Counted from the first letter of the stretch, positions 49,110 through 60,591 are shown. The stretch is DNA of 64,000 bases from an uncultured Anaerolineales bacterium (GCA_964542755.1 CAZIWL010000005.1:12439-76438); one strand, 5' to 3'. The notes: generated from the letters alone by a model not told the origin. Program-made: numbers and translations.

Positions 49110-49499
49110 CTGATTTCGGGTCATCTGTCATATCCCACGAGGCTGCTCATCGACGGTTGATGGTCTCGCAACCGAGCCCCCCATGAACATGGGGGAAGGC
49201 CCTGCGTCTATTCCTGGCGCCAAGGGGCAGTCCTTCCCCAATTCACAAGACCTGCCCCACCTCTTCATCATTCCTTCATAAGCCTGTGGCATACTCCTGT
49301 CAGTCAAGTCAAGGTTGTCTGGCAAGGAGGTGGAGCCATGGCGTGTTTCGAGGCGGGGGGGTGAACGTGAGCAAGGTGGATCTGGTCATCATACTCTTCT
49401 GCATCCTGACGCTCGTCCTGCTGACTGGCCTCTGGGCCCACCTGTGGGTCCGCTAGAGCCGCGGCGGGCTATCACACTAACTCAAGGAGGGAACATCCT

Positions 49500-49943
49500 A
49501 TGTCCGAGCAATCGAATCGCCTCGTGTGGATGAGCGTCGTTGGCGTCTTGCTACTCGGTCTGTTGATCGTCGGAGGATTCGCGGTCCATCGCCTCGGCTG
49601 GTCCCAGGGCTTCACCGCGGCCGAGGCCGCTGGCGAGAGAGCCGACGTACCTGTACCGACTCTGGCACCTCCCGGGTGGCGGGCCCTTGGCTCGGGTCAG
49701 CCCGTTGCGCTCCTAGTCCCCGTGCTACTCGGATTCCTCTTCACCGCGGTGATCGCCAAGCTGCTGCGGCTCTTCGTGTGGGGTCTGATGGGCGCGCCTA
49801 TGATGCACCGATTCGCTGGTGGACCGTGGCCCCAGCCTGGATCCGTATGGCGCCGACACCGATACGCGCGGCACGGTTCGTGGGGCTGGTCTTCGTGGCG
49901 GGAGCCCTTCGAGGAGCAGGAGGCGATGGACCCGGAGCCGTAG
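49500..49943 (+). CDS. Hypothetical membrane protein
   Basis: Two TM helices. AAGGAGGG RBS. Confidence 0.5.
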   Translation: MSEQSNRLVWMSVVGVLLLGLLIVGGFAVHRLGWSQGFTAAEAAGERADVPVPTLAPPGWRALGSGQPVALLVPVLLGFLFTAVIAKLLRLFVWGLMGAPMMHRFAGGPWPQPGSVWRRHRYARHGSWGWSSWREPFEEQEAMDPEP

Positions 49944-50085
49944 CCGGGCGGCGCGTCCGGTCAGGTGCTACGGATGGGCCGAGAAGACGGACACGGAACA
50001 ACACGGTTCTGTAGGAGAGGCAGCGGGACGAGCGCTCCTCCTACGGTGCCTGCAGGCACTTCGTGTTAGTGGAGGTACAGAAACA

Positions 50086-50586
50086 ATGAGAGACAAGATC
50101 CGTTTCAAAGGCATCGCTTTTGTGCACGAGACGCTCTATGGTTTGTTCAGAGACCCCTATGAGCCGTTGAGGGCGGCGGGTATTGAAGAAGGCCAGCGGG
50201 TGCTCGAGGTGGGATGCGGACCGGGGTTCTTCACACTTCCCGCAGCTGAGATGCTAGGCGAGGATGGTCATGTGGTCAGCATAGACGTGAGCCCAACGGC
50301 GGTGGACTATGTGAAGAGCAAGGTGGAAGCTGCCGGTACGACCAACGTCGACGTGCTGCTGCGCAATGCCGCCCACACGGACTTCGCGGGCCAGAGCTTT
50401 GACCTCGTCTTCGTTTTTGGCTTAGGCCACGTCGTCGGGGATTTGCGGGAGATGTGGAACGAGCTTCATCGTCTCCTCAGGCCCGGTGGGAGCCTCGCTG
50501 TTGAGGGCCGGCTGAGGCCCCCAGAATCGCTCTTTCGAGCATCAGGCGGCCACGGTCGCATCGATTGCTTTAGTAAGATGGAGTAG
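50086..50586 (+). CDS. Class I SAM-dependent methyltransferase
   Basis: VLEVGCGPGFFT (motif I) and DLVFV. GGAGGT RBS. Confidence 0.75.
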   Translation: MRDKIRFKGIAFVHETLYGLFRDPYEPLRAAGIEEGQRVLEVGCGPGFFTLPAAEMLGEDGHVVSIDVSPTAVDYVKSKVEAAGTTNVDVLLRNAAHTDFAGQSFDLVFVFGLGHVVGDLREMWNELHRLLRPGGSLAVEGRLRPPESLFRASGGHGRIDCFSKME

Positions 50587-50702
50587 ACGGACGGGAGCGC
50601 TGGCGACTGTTAGATCCAGTCGGGCGCGGAGCGTTCCTATCCTGCCATCAGCACCCTGTTATCCTTCCCGGTGAGAAGGGCTTCGGTGCGGCGTCGAGCG
50701 TG

Positions 50703-50842
50703 GGTGCACGAACGAGTTGTCGCCCCGACCGGTGCGATGCACCGAGCGTATGTCTGCCTCGTATGCCAGTCACAAGGGGTCAGTACACTGGCGCCAAGGG
50801 CCTCCAACCATCGACGATCTCCGCGACAAGTCGTTAGCGCAT
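50703..50842. repeat. MITE-like element copy D (internally deleted, about 140 bp)
   Basis: Left end ggtgcacgaacgagttgtcgcc. Right end gcgacaagtcgttagcgcatcc. Lacks the 22-bp ttccaggtgcgttgcacctcac segment between gcacc repeats. Confidence 0.75.
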
Positions 50843-50904
50843 CCGTCGAGCGTGATAGGCTTGCGCACCCGCCTCCTCTATGATACAACATCGACGGGAG
50901 AGCC

Positions 50905-51591
50905 ATGCAAGGACTGATTCTCGTCGTGGACGACCAACCGAAGATCGTCAAGCAGGCCCGTGACTATCTCGAGAAGGCGGGCTTTCAGGTCGTTGGGGCA
51001 GCCGATGGGCAGATGTCGCTGGATCTGGCACGCCGTGAGCGGCCCGATCTGATCGTACTCGATCTCAACCTGCCAGGTATAGACGGACTCGATGTCTGCC
51101 GGGCTCTTCGGCGGCAGTCCGATGTGCCGATCATCATGCTCACCGCGCGGGTTGGCGAAGCTGATAGGCTCATCGGATTGGAGCTTGGCGCCGACGACTA
51201 CATCACCAAGCCTTTTTCCCCTCGTGAGCTGGTCGCTCGGGTGCGGGCTGTGCTCCGCCGCGTCCGCGGCGGTGTCCACCGCCCCGGGGTTATCCGGGCT
51301 GGGGACTTGGAGATCGATATACCGGGTCACCGGGTCACTGTCGAGGGGGAGCCCTGTCACCTGACGCGTACCGAGTTTGATCTCCTGGAGGCGCTGGCTC
51401 AGAGTCCCGGTCAAGCCTTCACCAGGGAGCAGCTTCTCGATCGGCTCCACGGTGTGGCCTACGATGGCTATGATCGGAGCATCGATGCGCACATCAAGAA
51501 CCTGCGTCAGAAGATCGAGCCTGATCCATCGGAGCCTCGCTACATCGTCACCGTTTATGGCGTGGGCTACCGGTTTACCGATGAACTCTAA
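50905..51591 (+). CDS. OmpR-family response regulator
   Basis: Receiver domain plus winged-helix output. Confidence 0.85.
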   Translation: MQGLILVVDDQPKIVKQARDYLEKAGFQVVGAADGQMSLDLARRERPDLIVLDLNLPGIDGLDVCRALRRQSDVPIIMLTARVGEADRLIGLELGADDYITKPFSPRELVARVRAVLRRVRGGVHRPGVIRAGDLEIDIPGHRVTVEGEPCHLTRTEFDLLEALAQSPGQAFTREQLLDRLHGVAYDGYDRSIDAHIKNLRQKIEPDPSEPRYIVTVYGVGYRFTDEL

Positions 51592-51722
51592 GCCTGTGGC
51601 TGCGACGACTAGGCTCCCAGTCGCTTCCGGGTGGAGCGCGCACCGGGCTCGTCCACGACCCGGACCTGATCTCCACCACCTTTTTACACCAGATGTCGTG
51701 TTCAAGATGGAGGATTGACAGC

Positions 51723-52904
51723 ATGAGCTCCGAGGCGGACGACAAGATGTCTGGAAGCCCGATGAGCCGGGGAGACCGTGGGCGCTTCCACGGTCGGTCT
51801 CCGACGTGCCCGGGCCGCTGGCACCACTCCCGTCCTGTACGCCGCCGAGGCGTGTTCCTGCGCCTTGTGGTGACTTTTGGCTTGCTTGCCTTGGTGGCGG
51901 TGGGCGGCATTGCCGCTCTGTCCAGGCTCTTCTCTGGTCTGGCTGACGGATCGATCCTCGGGCCGGACGGCAGGGTGACAGTTGCCGCCTGGCTGGCGGG
52001 GCTCGGTTCGTTTTTCATGCTGGCTTTCGTGATCGCCGTGCTGTCTCGACGTGCCTTCCACGGTGTGGCCGCGCCCCTCGCTGACGTGATGGCCGCTGCA
52101 GACGCCGTGGCGGGCGGAGATCTGTCGGCACGGGTGACCGTTCCGAAACACGGCCCAGACCGGTTTTCCAACCTGGCCGCGTCCTTCAACCGCATGGCAG
52201 AGGAGTTGGAGCGGGCGGAGCAGCGCCGGCGGAACCTGACCGCCGATGTGGCCCACGAGCTACGGAATCCCCTCCACCTCATCCAGGGCAACTTGGAGGG
52301 CATCCTGGATGAGGTCTACGAGGCGACCGATGAGCACGTCCTCGCGACGTTGGAGGAGACCAGGTTGATGGCTCGCCTCATAGAGGATCTCCGCACGCTC
52401 TCGCTGGCGGAGGCGGGAGAGCTGCTCATGCGCAGAGAGTCGGCCGACGTCAACGAGCTGTTGGCTGATGTGCGGACCAGCTTCAGCGGCCAGGCCGAGG
52501 CAGCCGGCCTGGAGCTAGAGCTGAGGCTTGCCGAGGACATTCCATTGCTTGTCGGGGACATCAATCGACTGGAGCAGATTCTGAGCAATCTGACGGCCAA
52601 CGCCATTCGACACACACCACCCGGCGGCGCCATTAGCCTGGCGACGGGACTGTCACCCGACGGCGTGCGCATCTCGGTCAGCGACACGGGGGAGGGGATT
52701 TCGACCGAGGATCAGCCGTACGTCTTCGACCGGTTCTGGCGCGGCGACAGGTCGCGGTCGCGAACGGATGGCGACGGGACCGGGCTGGGGCTGGCCATCG
52801 CCAGACAGCTCGTGGAGGCCCACGGTGGGCGCATTGAGGTCAGGAGCACGCCCGGGGAGGGGACGACCTTCCAGATTGAGCTTCCAGCAACGGAGGCGTT
52901 GTGA
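51723..52904 (+). CDS. Sensor histidine kinase (TM-HAMP-HisKA-HATPase)
   Basis: H-box HELRNPL. N, G1 and G2 boxes. GGAGGA RBS 8 nt before the ATG at 51723. Confidence 0.8.
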   Translation: MSSEADDKMSGSPMSRGDRGRFHGRSPTCPGRWHHSRPVRRRGVFLRLVVTFGLLALVAVGGIAALSRLFSGLADGSILGPDGRVTVAAWLAGLGSFFMLAFVIAVLSRRAFHGVAAPLADVMAAADAVAGGDLSARVTVPKHGPDRFSNLAASFNRMAEELERAEQRRRNLTADVAHELRNPLHLIQGNLEGILDEVYEATDEHVLATLEETRLMARLIEDLRTLSLAEAGELLMRRESADVNELLADVRTSFSGQAEAAGLELELRLAEDIPLLVGDINRLEQILSNLTANAIRHTPPGGAISLATGLSPDGVRISVSDTGEGISTEDQPYVFDRFWRGDRSRSRTDGDGTGLGLAIARQLVEAHGGRIEVRSTPGEGTTFQIELPATEAL

Positions 52905-52977
52905 TTACGCGTCTCCATCCTCGGGGTGCGACGCGCCGGCCTTCGGCACGTAGGATACCGATCCCAAAAAGCCAGCG

Positions 52978-53517
52978 ATGAAGAGGAGAATTGAGGTCGT
53001 TCCGCATGATCCGCTGTGGCCGGAGCGCTTCCGAGAGGAGGCGCAAGAGCTGTTGGAGGTCTTCGGCTCGAACGTCCAGGCGATTCACCACGTGGGCAGC
53101 ACGGCGATCCCCGGCATCAAGGCGAAACCTATCATCGACGTTCTCGTCGTAGCGCGGGATCTCGAGCAGGTGGATCGACACAACAAGGAGATGGCAGCTA
53201 GGGGCTACATACCCAAAGGGGCCTTCGGCATTCCGGGCCGGCGTTTCTTCATTAAAGGCACCGAGACGGAGCGGAGCCACCACGTCCACATCTTCGCGCG
53301 GGCGCACCCGGCGATCCATCGCCATCTAGCCTTCCGGGACTATCTTCGAGCCCATCCCGGTCGGGCGCAGGCCTACGGCCGGCTGAAAGAGGAGCTCGCC
53401 CGCACGTTCCGGCATGACATTGAGGGCTACATGGCTGGCAAGGACGCGTTCATCAAGACGATCGAGAAGGAGGCGCAAGCGTGGAAGGACCGACGCAAAG
53501 GGACCGACAAGACCTAG
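52978..53517 (+). CDS. GrpB-family protein (UPF0157, nucleotidyltransferase-like fold)
   Basis: VPHDP.WP..F......L........IHHVGSTA.PG..AKP.ID signature. Confidence 0.75.
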   Translation: MKRRIEVVPHDPLWPERFREEAQELLEVFGSNVQAIHHVGSTAIPGIKAKPIIDVLVVARDLEQVDRHNKEMAARGYIPKGAFGIPGRRFFIKGTETERSHHVHIFARAHPAIHRHLAFRDYLRAHPGRAQAYGRLKEELARTFRHDIEGYMAGKDAFIKTIEKEAQAWKDRRKGTDKT

Positions 53518-53537
53518 AGGGTGGCGTACCGCAGCCT

Positions 53538-54140
53538 GTGCTCAAGATACTTTTCCGTTTGGCGACCTGGCGGAATATCCTGATTCTCTGGGGCGTACTC
53601 TTACTCTACAATCTTTTCGTCCTGGGCCCGGCTTACGCACGCATTGAAGCGATCTCCGGAGGGGTCCGGGCCCTTGATTTCCTCATCGTCTATCGCCCGG
53701 AGAAAGCGTACGAAATGATCGCCGCCTACGGGGAGCTGGGACGGCGTTACTACGCGACCATTGCACCGACCCTGGACACGGTCTTCCCGCTCCTCTCGGC
53801 GGCGGCGTTCGTTCTGACCCTCACCCGCGTCTTCCCCCGCGCATTCACCAGTGAGGGTGTTCTTCATCGAGCTCTCTTCGTACCCGTAGGTGCGATGGTG
53901 GCTGACCTTCTCGAGAATGCAGGCATTGTGACGATGCTCCTCGTCTACCCCCGCGATCTGCGGGGCGTAGCTCTCTTGACCAGCTCCCTCTCCACCGTGA
54001 AGTGGACGGCGGTCGCTGCCGAGACCGTCCTCGTCATCATTGGCGTGGCCGCCTGGGCCGTCAGGGCGGTACGGGGCCGAATCGAGGATGCGCCGAGCGA
54101 CCAGAACCAGCGGGGTCTGCCGGGGAGCCGGGATACGTAG
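53538..54140 (+). CDS. Hypothetical membrane protein
   Basis: About 5 TM helices. Start codon uncertain: GTG at 53538, the longest ORF from 53481 overlaps grpB. Confidence 0.4.
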   Translation: MLKILFRLATWRNILILWGVLLLYNLFVLGPAYARIEAISGGVRALDFLIVYRPEKAYEMIAAYGELGRRYYATIAPTLDTVFPLLSAAAFVLTLTRVFPRAFTSEGVLHRALFVPVGAMVADLLENAGIVTMLLVYPRDLRGVALLTSSLSTVKWTAVAAETVLVIIGVAAWAVRAVRGRIEDAPSDQNQRGLPGSRDT

Positions 54141-54207
54141 CCAGTCACGCCGTCGAGGCTGCCACCGCAACTGCCTGTGGCGCAGTGGACTGCTTTCGGC
54201 CCTCGCT

Positions 54208-54864
54208 TCAGTGCTGGACCGCTCGTCGTGCGCCAACGAAGAGCAGCATCGCGGCCCCCGCCACGCAGGTCAACACACCCCATCCGGGCCGGGTGGTCAC
54301 CCCATAGAGGTTGGATGCCAGGGGATGAAGCAGCACACTCTGCCAGAGAGCTGGCGCGCTCCCAGCCAGGGCCAGTGTGGCGAGGAGTGCTCCCCGCGTT
54401 CGCTCAGACAGACGAGGCGTCAGCAGCGATGCGACGGTCAGGATGACACCTGCCGCCACAATGGCCAACTGTAGCCGATAGGGAGGCGCTGAGATAGCCT
54501 GGAAGGGAGGGACCACGCTCGTGGCGACCACCGTCAGCAAGCCCGTTGCCGCGAGCCGCCATACAGGAGTTGCTCGGGAACAGTTCACCACGAGAGCCAG
54601 CGAGACGGTGCCGGCCAGCAGGGGCATCACGAAGAGACCTCTCCTCACAGGCACGGCCCCGCCCTGAATCTGTGGGAAGAACTTTGCGAACTCGGAGAGC
54701 TCGTAGCCTGTCACCGTCAAAGCGGCTGTCTTGTGGGCGATCCAGGGCCCGAAGAATCCCACGACCATCAGGAGTGCGGCGACAAACTGGAGGCTGCAGA
54801 TAGAGGAGCCTTGTCGGTTCTCCGTTCGGTAGGGTGCTCGAGGTGCTCGATTCGCGCGAGCCAT
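54208..54864 (-). CDS. Hypothetical polytopic membrane protein
   Basis: 218 aa, about 6 TM helices. Confidence 0.5.
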   Translation of the reverse strand: MARANRAPRAPYRTENRQGSSICSLQFVAALLMVVGFFGPWIAHKTAALTVTGYELSEFAKFFPQIQGGAVPVRRGLFVMPLLAGTVSLALVVNCSRATPVWRLAATGLLTVVATSVVPPFQAISAPPYRLQLAIVAAGVILTVASLLTPRLSERTRGALLATLALAGSAPALWQSVLLHPLASNLYGVTTRPGWGVLTCVAGAAMLLFVGARRAVQH

Positions 54865-56066
54865 TACCGCACCTCCAAGGAGTCAATCGTCTCCAGAAGC
54901 TGCCGCGCCGACGTGTGCCAGCTGAAGCCTGCCGCCTGCGCCAGGCCGCGGTTGATCATCGCTGCGCGCAGTCCGTCGTCCTCCCAGATCCTGGCCATCG
55001 CTGACCCTAATCCATCCACGTCGAGTGGATCAATCAGAAGCGCACCATCCCCGGCGACCTCAGGCAGCGACGACGAGTCTGAGCAGACGACGGGGACGCC
55101 TGACGCCATAGCCTCCAGAACTGGAAGTCCGAAGCCCTCATAGAGCGAGGGAAACGCGAACAAGGCTGCCCCACGGTACAGCGCGGGCAGGTCTTCTTCC
55201 TCCACAAAGCCGAGCAGATTCACCCACTCGTGCTTGCTGGCCTCCTCGAGGATCGGCTCGAAGAGCCACCCGTGACCGCCCCCGATCAACAACTGTATGT
55301 CATCCTTCACCCTCTCCCGCATCCTGGCGAAGGCGCGTATCAGCCGGACGTAATTCTTCCGCGGCTGAAGCGTGCCGACGCTTAAAGCGTAGGGAACATC
55401 GGCTATGTCGTATCGCCCGCGTACGGACGCCGGCAGCCGGTTGGCCTTTCGGGCTATCGGATGACGCCTGGTTTCGACTGGCTGGTCTTTTTCTGGCGGG
55501 TGGAAACGCGAGTCCACACCCGGGGTGATCACCCTCACTTTGGCACCTGGGACGTTGAAGAGGGCCATTAGGTCCGATCGCGTGTGCTCTGAATCCGCCA
55601 GCACCCGGTCGGCGCGTTCGATGGACCGGGGGACGACGCGCTCCAGGTACTGGCGCAAACGGGGCACGAAGGCCTCGGGGTGGTGGATGAAGGAAAGATC
55701 GTGGACCGTCAGCAAGTTCCCGGTGCTACGTCGCGTCGGTGGCAGGGTGAAGTCTGGGGAGTAGAAGACGTCTATGGGGCCGATAGCGAGCTCCACCGGA
55801 ATCGGCACGCGGAGCCTGTGCCAGATTCGCGCCAACCAGTCGTCGGTCACCGGTACGGTGCAAATGTCGAGGGCCTGTCCGCCCAGGAGTCGAAGGCCCT
55901 CTCCTTGTTCTCTCCATCGCTCCTCAGGCAGGCCGCCAGCGGCGGCGAAGAGGGCGAATCGGTGTCCGTTCTTCAGGGCGAGCACCGCCCGGACCAGCTC
56001 TCGTGTGTACCGGCCGATGCCGGCGGCCTGTCGCAGCGCCGAGGTATAGTCAATCCCGATCCTCAA
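54864..56066 (-). CDS. GT4-family glycosyltransferase
   Basis: GT-B fold. EGFGLP..EAMA..P.V E-x7-E region. TTG start with GGGGAGGGG RBS. Confidence 0.8.
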   Translation of the reverse strand: MRIGIDYTSALRQAAGIGRYTRELVRAVLALKNGHRFALFAAAGGLPEERWREQGEGLRLLGGQALDICTVPVTDDWLARIWHRLRVPIPVELAIGPIDVFYSPDFTLPPTRRSTGNLLTVHDLSFIHHPEAFVPRLRQYLERVVPRSIERADRVLADSEHTRSDLMALFNVPGAKVRVITPGVDSRFHPPEKDQPVETRRHPIARKANRLPASVRGRYDIADVPYALSVGTLQPRKNYVRLIRAFARMRERVKDDIQLLIGGGHGWLFEPILEEASKHEWVNLLGFVEEEDLPALYRGAALFAFPSLYEGFGLPVLEAMASGVPVVCSDSSSLPEVAGDGALLIDPLDVDGLGSAMARIWEDDGLRAAMINRGLAQAAGFSWHTSARQLLETIDSLEVR

Positions 56067-56136
56067 GTCCCCTCCCCTAATGTGCTGTCAAGATCCCGGG
56101 CAATTCGGACGGCGGGGGAGTGTGAGAGTGGTTGGT

Positions 56137-56631
56137 TCACTCTACGTGGCTGAAGGTCCATAGGCGGTTGACAAAGAAATTCCAGAAGAGCACCACCGCC
56201 GTGGCCAGGAGCTTCGCGCTGTTATACGCGAAGTCGAAATGGGACATGCCCACGGTCAACGCGAGGCGGCCAACGGGGCCCGCGAGGGCCCCTGACTCTC
56301 CAAGGAGCCACTGGTCGCCTCCATAGAAGATCATCGTGTTGATCACCAGGCCGGCCACGTTGACGAAGAAGAACTGGATAAACTGGCGAGTCAAGGGGTC
56401 CTTGCGCGTCTCTGGGTAGACCCAGACCCGGTTCCAGATGAAGTTACTGATCACAGCGGCAGTGAAGGAACAGCTGTTGGCCAGCACCTTCGGGAATCCT
56501 GCCAGTTGGACCAGCAGATTGAGCGTTCCGAAGTCGATAACTGCGCCGAGTGTACCCACTGCGGCAAATTTCAGGAACCGTACGGCTTCCTTCTGATGTT
56601 CCTGCGCAAACGGTCTGACTCTAGCGATCAT
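56137..56631 (-). CDS. GtrA-family membrane protein
   Basis: RFLKFAAVG..G..ID...L..L and NF.WNR.W.F. Confidence 0.75.
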   Translation of the reverse strand: MIARVRPFAQEHQKEAVRFLKFAAVGTLGAVIDFGTLNLLVQLAGFPKVLANSCSFTAAVISNFIWNRVWVYPETRKDPLTRQFIQFFFVNVAGLVINTMIFYGGDQWLLGESGALAGPVGRLALTVGMSHFDFAYNSAKLLATAVVLFWNFFVNRLWTFSHVE

Positions 56632-58234
56632 GAATGGATGTCATCCTGTTCGTCTGCTGTATTACAAAGGCTCCCAGCCCGAGCAACACGCCCAGGTGGA
56701 GATGGACATTGTTCACAAAAAGGTTGTCCAGGAGGTGATGCACCGTGACGTGAGTCCATACCCCAAGGAGTCCTACGCCGATGCCGCGAGCGAGGCCCCG
56801 AGCTCGACGGGTGACCAGCCAGGTCTGCCAGAAAACAGCGCCCCAGAGGATCAGGTACGCGGTCAGCCCGAGCAGCCCCGTTTCCGCCCATAGATTCAGG
56901 TAGATATTGTGCGCGTGACCCAATGCTATGGGCCAGTTGATCAAGGCGAAGGTGGGATACGCTGCTTCGTAGCAACCCAGTCCCACACCGGTCCATAAGC
57001 GATGCCGGACCATAGAAAAGGCTGCCTGCCAGTGCGCCAGCCGCTCGACGACGGCGTAGTTGGCGTCGTTGATGGGCACACCTCGGACATCCTCCAGTCG
57101 TATGTCCTGCACGAAAGAGGTTAGCCTATGCGTGAACGACGCCGGGAGGCGCCCGGAGACGTAAAGCCCCACGCCGGCGACGGCCAGGGCGGCCACCAAT
57201 ATCGCGCTCCAGAGGGTTCTTCGCGGCAGCGCGGCCGCCATGGCCAGGGTTGCCGCCCCGAATCCCATCCACGCACCTCGGCTCCAAGTAACGACCAAAG
57301 CAGGCAGCATCGCCATGGTCGCCGCGACGCCAAAGCCGAAGAGCGGCCACTCGAACGACCGCGTGCTGTGCCAAGCCACCGCCGGTCCAGGTGCCGCGGT
57401 CTGGAGCAATCTGTGGTCCGCCGGTGCATCCGGTTTCCCAGCGATGAAGCGATCCCAGAGCAATGCAACGACCGTGCCCAGCGCCAGTGCGGTGGTCAGG
57501 CCGATGTATCCCCCGTACGGGTTCGGCTGTTCAAACGTACCATAGGCGCGGAAGAAGTTCCCCCTCAGGATTCTGAAGTGATCCGGTCCATCACGGCGGA
57601 GGCCGAACTGCCAGATGCCTATCAGGGCCTGCACAAGGCCTCCGGCCCACACCACCACCAGGAGGCCTCGCAGCCGGCGCCCTGCTGGACCGGCTATCCG
57701 CCGCATCGAGCCGTGGTTACTGACCCCCCTTGCTGCGAGGTGTTCCTGAACGAAAACGAAGAGCAGGACGATCTCCCCCCACTTGACGAGTTCGGGGATG
57801 CCATAGGAAAGGAGCCCGATGGCATTCCACAAGGAGAGGAGCGAACCTCCGAGGAAGGCCAGTAGGGGAAGGAACAAAGGGCTCGACTGGGATCCGAAGG
57901 GGCTTGGAATGCGGACGTCACGCCTGCTCAGGCCCTTCAGAAGCCACGACCCCAGAGCCAGCGCGATGAATAGGTGTCCCACCTGGGGTGGGACTTGGGG
58001 CACTTCGGCACTTAGATAAGCTTTCAGGGGACCGACGAAGAGCCCAGCAGCCAAACCCACGAACGGTTCTATGAGTGCCCCAATCACCACGCCCAACAGG
58101 CCGACAAAGGCAATGCCCTCCGCCGGGGACAGCTGAATCACCGCTAGGCTGGTCAGCAAGGCCAACGCTAGGCCGGCGGTGGTGACCAGGGGGCCGTTCC
58201 AGGCCAGGGGACGATGGGCTGCGACGAACCTCAC
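56621..58234 (-). CDS. O-antigen ligase/polymerase (Wzy_C-like) polytopic membrane protein
   Basis: More than 10 TM helices. Periplasmic loop with H-x-H-N-x-Y-L...E motif ([15 protein letters not shown]). GTGA overlap with the upstream stop. Confidence 0.7.
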   Translation of the reverse strand: MRFVAAHRPLAWNGPLVTTAGLALALLTSLAVIQLSPAEGIAFVGLLGVVIGALIEPFVGLAAGLFVGPLKAYLSAEVPQVPPQVGHLFIALALGSWLLKGLSRRDVRIPSPFGSQSSPLFLPLLAFLGGSLLSLWNAIGLLSYGIPELVKWGEIVLLFVFVQEHLAARGVSNHGSMRRIAGPAGRRLRGLLVVVWAGGLVQALIGIWQFGLRRDGPDHFRILRGNFFRAYGTFEQPNPYGGYIGLTTALALGTVVALLWDRFIAGKPDAPADHRLLQTAAPGPAVAWHSTRSFEWPLFGFGVAATMAMLPALVVTWSRGAWMGFGAATLAMAAALPRRTLWSAILVAALAVAGVGLYVSGRLPASFTHRLTSFVQDIRLEDVRGVPINDANYAVVERLAHWQAAFSMVRHRLWTGVGLGCYEAAYPTFALINWPIALGHAHNIYLNLWAETGLLGLTAYLILWGAVFWQTWLVTRRARGLARGIGVGLLGVWTHVTVHHLLDNLFVNNVHLHLGVLLGLGAFVIQQTNRMTSIHDR

Positions 58235-59172
58235 ATTTGCTCCCGGAAGTAGACCGCGGTCTCCCTTAGACCTTCCATGAGACTCACCGTGGGAGACCAC
58301 CCCAGCACCTGCATCGCCTTCGTGATGTCCGGGCAGCGGACCTTGGGATCGTCAGCCGTGCGAGCGTCACGTGGCTCAACAAATGTGATCTCCGAGTCGC
58401 TCCCCGTTACCTCCAGGACTTGATGGGCGAACTTGAGGATCGTCATCTCGTCGGGATTGCCGATGTTGACCGGCTCCGTCTCGTCCGAGAAGAGGAGTCG
58501 AACGAGCCCTTCCACCTGATCACTGATGTAGCAGAAGGATCTGGTATGCTTCCCCTCGTCGTAGACGGTGAGCGGGTCGCCCCTCAGGGCCTGGCAGACG
58601 AAATTCGGCACCACCCGCCCGTCATCCATCCGCATCCGTGGGCCATACGTGTTGAAGATGCGGGCGATCCGTGTGTCGACACCGTGGTACCGATGATAGG
58701 CCATGACAAGAGCCTCTGCAAAGCGTTTGCTCTCGTCGTAGACACCCCGAGGCCCGATTGGGTTCACGTTTCCCCAGTAGTCCTCCCTCTGGGGGTGTTC
58801 CAACGGGTCGCCGTATACCTCCGAAGTCGACGCGAGCATGTAACGTGCATGCTTCGCCATGGCCAGCCCCAGGGTCTTATGGGTGCCCAAAGCCCCCACT
58901 TTCAGCGTCTGGATGGGGTAGTTCAGGTAGTCGACCGGGCTCGGAAGGCTTGCCAGGTGGAGCACGACGTCGAGATTGCCCTCGACGAAGATGTAGTTCG
59001 TGACGTCTTGTTTGATGAAGTGGAATCGTTCATTGCCTGCCAGGTGCGCGATGTTGTCCACCTTGCCCGTCATCAGATTGTCCATTGCGATGACGTCGTG
59101 GCCCGCTTCGAGCAGCCGGTCGCAGAGATGTGAGCCGATGAATCCAGCACCACCGGTGATCAGAATGCGCAT
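58231..59172 (-). CDS. UDP-glucuronate decarboxylase (UDP-xylose synthase) / SDR-type NAD-dependent epimerase-dehydratase
   Basis: [14 protein letters not shown], YxxxK. Strong overall similarity to UXS. GAGGAG RBS. Confidence 0.85.
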   Translation of the reverse strand: MRILITGGAGFIGSHLCDRLLEAGHDVIAMDNLMTGKVDNIAHLAGNERFHFIKQDVTNYIFVEGNLDVVLHLASLPSPVDYLNYPIQTLKVGALGTHKTLGLAMAKHARYMLASTSEVYGDPLEHPQREDYWGNVNPIGPRGVYDESKRFAEALVMAYHRYHGVDTRIARIFNTYGPRMRMDDGRVVPNFVCQALRGDPLTVYDEGKHTRSFCYISDQVEGLVRLLFSDETEPVNIGNPDEMTILKFAHQVLEVTGSDSEITFVEPRDARTADDPKVRCPDITKAMQVLGWSPTVSLMEGLRETAVYFREQM

Positions 59173-59245
59173 GGATTGCTCCTCGTTGTTCGATATCAAG
59201 CTGAGAGGGGGTGAACCTGAGCAGGACAGGCGACCGGAGATCCGG

Positions 59246-59794
59246 TCAGTCCGTCTGGGCCGCGAGCGCCGCGGCGAACGTGTCGTGGGCCGATTGCCCG
59301 TATAGGCAGAAGACGATCCGTTGGAGCTGCGTGCCGGACTTGGCGTAATCGATGGCGGCGCCGAGCATCACCCGGGCCGCTTCCTCCATGGGATAGCCGT
59401 AGATACCGGTGCTGAGGGCGGGAAGTGCGATCGACCCCAGGTTGTGCTCTTCAGCCATCTCTAGGGCCGAGATCACGGCCGATGCCAGCAGGTGCGCTGC
59501 TTTCGACGACGACATGCTGTCGTACACAGGTCCCACCGCGTGAATCACGTAGTCCGCCTTCAGATCACCCCCCGAGGTGATAGCCGCCGACCCCGTGGGC
59601 ACGCGTCCGTGTTCTTGCACCCAGCGGTTGCTCTCCTTCTGGATCACGGAGCCCGCAGCCCGGGAGATCACGCCGGCGACGCCGCCCCCGTGGGCCAGGC
59701 GCTCATTGGCCGCGTTCACGATGGCATCTGTTTCTAGCGAGGTGATGTCGCCCTCGACCAGTTCGATCGCTGTGCCCTCGATGTTGATCTCCAC
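59246..59794 (-). CDS. Macro-domain protein (O-acetyl-ADP-ribose deacetylase, YmdB-like)
   Basis: GDIT....[15 protein letters not shown] and GIYGYP motifs. Confidence 0.8.
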   Translation of the reverse strand: MEINIEGTAIELVEGDITSLETDAIVNAANERLAHGGGVAGVISRAAGSVIQKESNRWVQEHGRVPTGSAAITSGGDLKADYVIHAVGPVYDSMSSSKAAHLLASAVISALEMAEEHNLGSIALPALSTGIYGYPMEEAARVMLGAAIDYAKSGTQLQRIVFCLYGQSAHDTFAAALAAQTD

Positions 59795-59932
59795 GCTGCC
59801 TCCTTCCCTCAGGCGTGCCTCGGGGTGGCCGATGTCCGTCGAGCCCTCAGAGGAGCTGGGTACGGGGTGGGTGGCTGCTGGGTCTCGGAACGCGTTCGCG
59901 GGGTGTGGGGAGCCCCCTTTCTCAGAAGAAGG

Positions 59933-60586
59933 CTACGATGTGAACCGCACATCGACGAATCCCAACCTGCGAATCAGTTGACGGACTGTCACCTCGGCGT
60001 TTTGCTGGGCCATGTCCAGGATTCCGTCCTCGAGTGCCGCTTGCCGGATCTCCACCTCCGCGGCCTGACGGGCCTGTGTCTCCAGGTCCACCTTCTGGCC
60101 CAACACACCCGTGTCTCGATCGAAGATGTATGACTCCTCGCTATTCAGGGCTGCGACGAACACCTTTGCCTCGGGCAGGCTGACGTGCACCACGCCTTCG
60201 GCGTCAACAGTTATATCGTCTTCGTTTAGCTCGTCCAGATCGACGCCCGCGATGATCTGCCCGTGGGCCACGAGAATAAGCCGGTCCCCCAGGAGGAATG
60301 CGAGGGGGCCCTGCTGCGACTCCGCGGTGACGATCTTCTCGACGGTGTAGGCTGCCGTCTCTAACCTGCTGAGACCCTGAACTTCCTTGACAATGGTCAC
60401 CGGGTCCGGACTGATCGTGGGGGTAGGACGGACGACCCATTCAATCTGCTTCTGCACGGCGCGCTCGGCCGCGACCAGCGGCTGGGTCACCTGCCTAACC
60501 GACCAAATCACGGTCGCGCCAACGACCAACACGGTGGTCAGGATCAAGATCGAGACGACCGTGCCGAAACCCATGCCATTATTCAT
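59933..60586 (-). CDS. DUF4230-like protein with N-terminal TM anchor
   Basis: Start at MNNGMGFGTVVSILIL with GGAGGT RBS. The longer ORF upstream has no RBS. Confidence 0.5.
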   Translation of the reverse strand: MNNGMGFGTVVSILILTTVLVVGATVIWSVRQVTQPLVAAERAVQKQIEWVVRPTPTISPDPVTIVKEVQGLSRLETAAYTVEKIVTAESQQGPLAFLLGDRLILVAHGQIIAGVDLDELNEDDITVDAEGVVHVSLPEAKVFVAALNSEESYIFDRDTGVLGQKVDLETQARQAAEVEIRQAALEDGILDMAQQNAEVTVRQLIRRLGFVDVRFTS

Positions 60587-60591
60587 AATGG

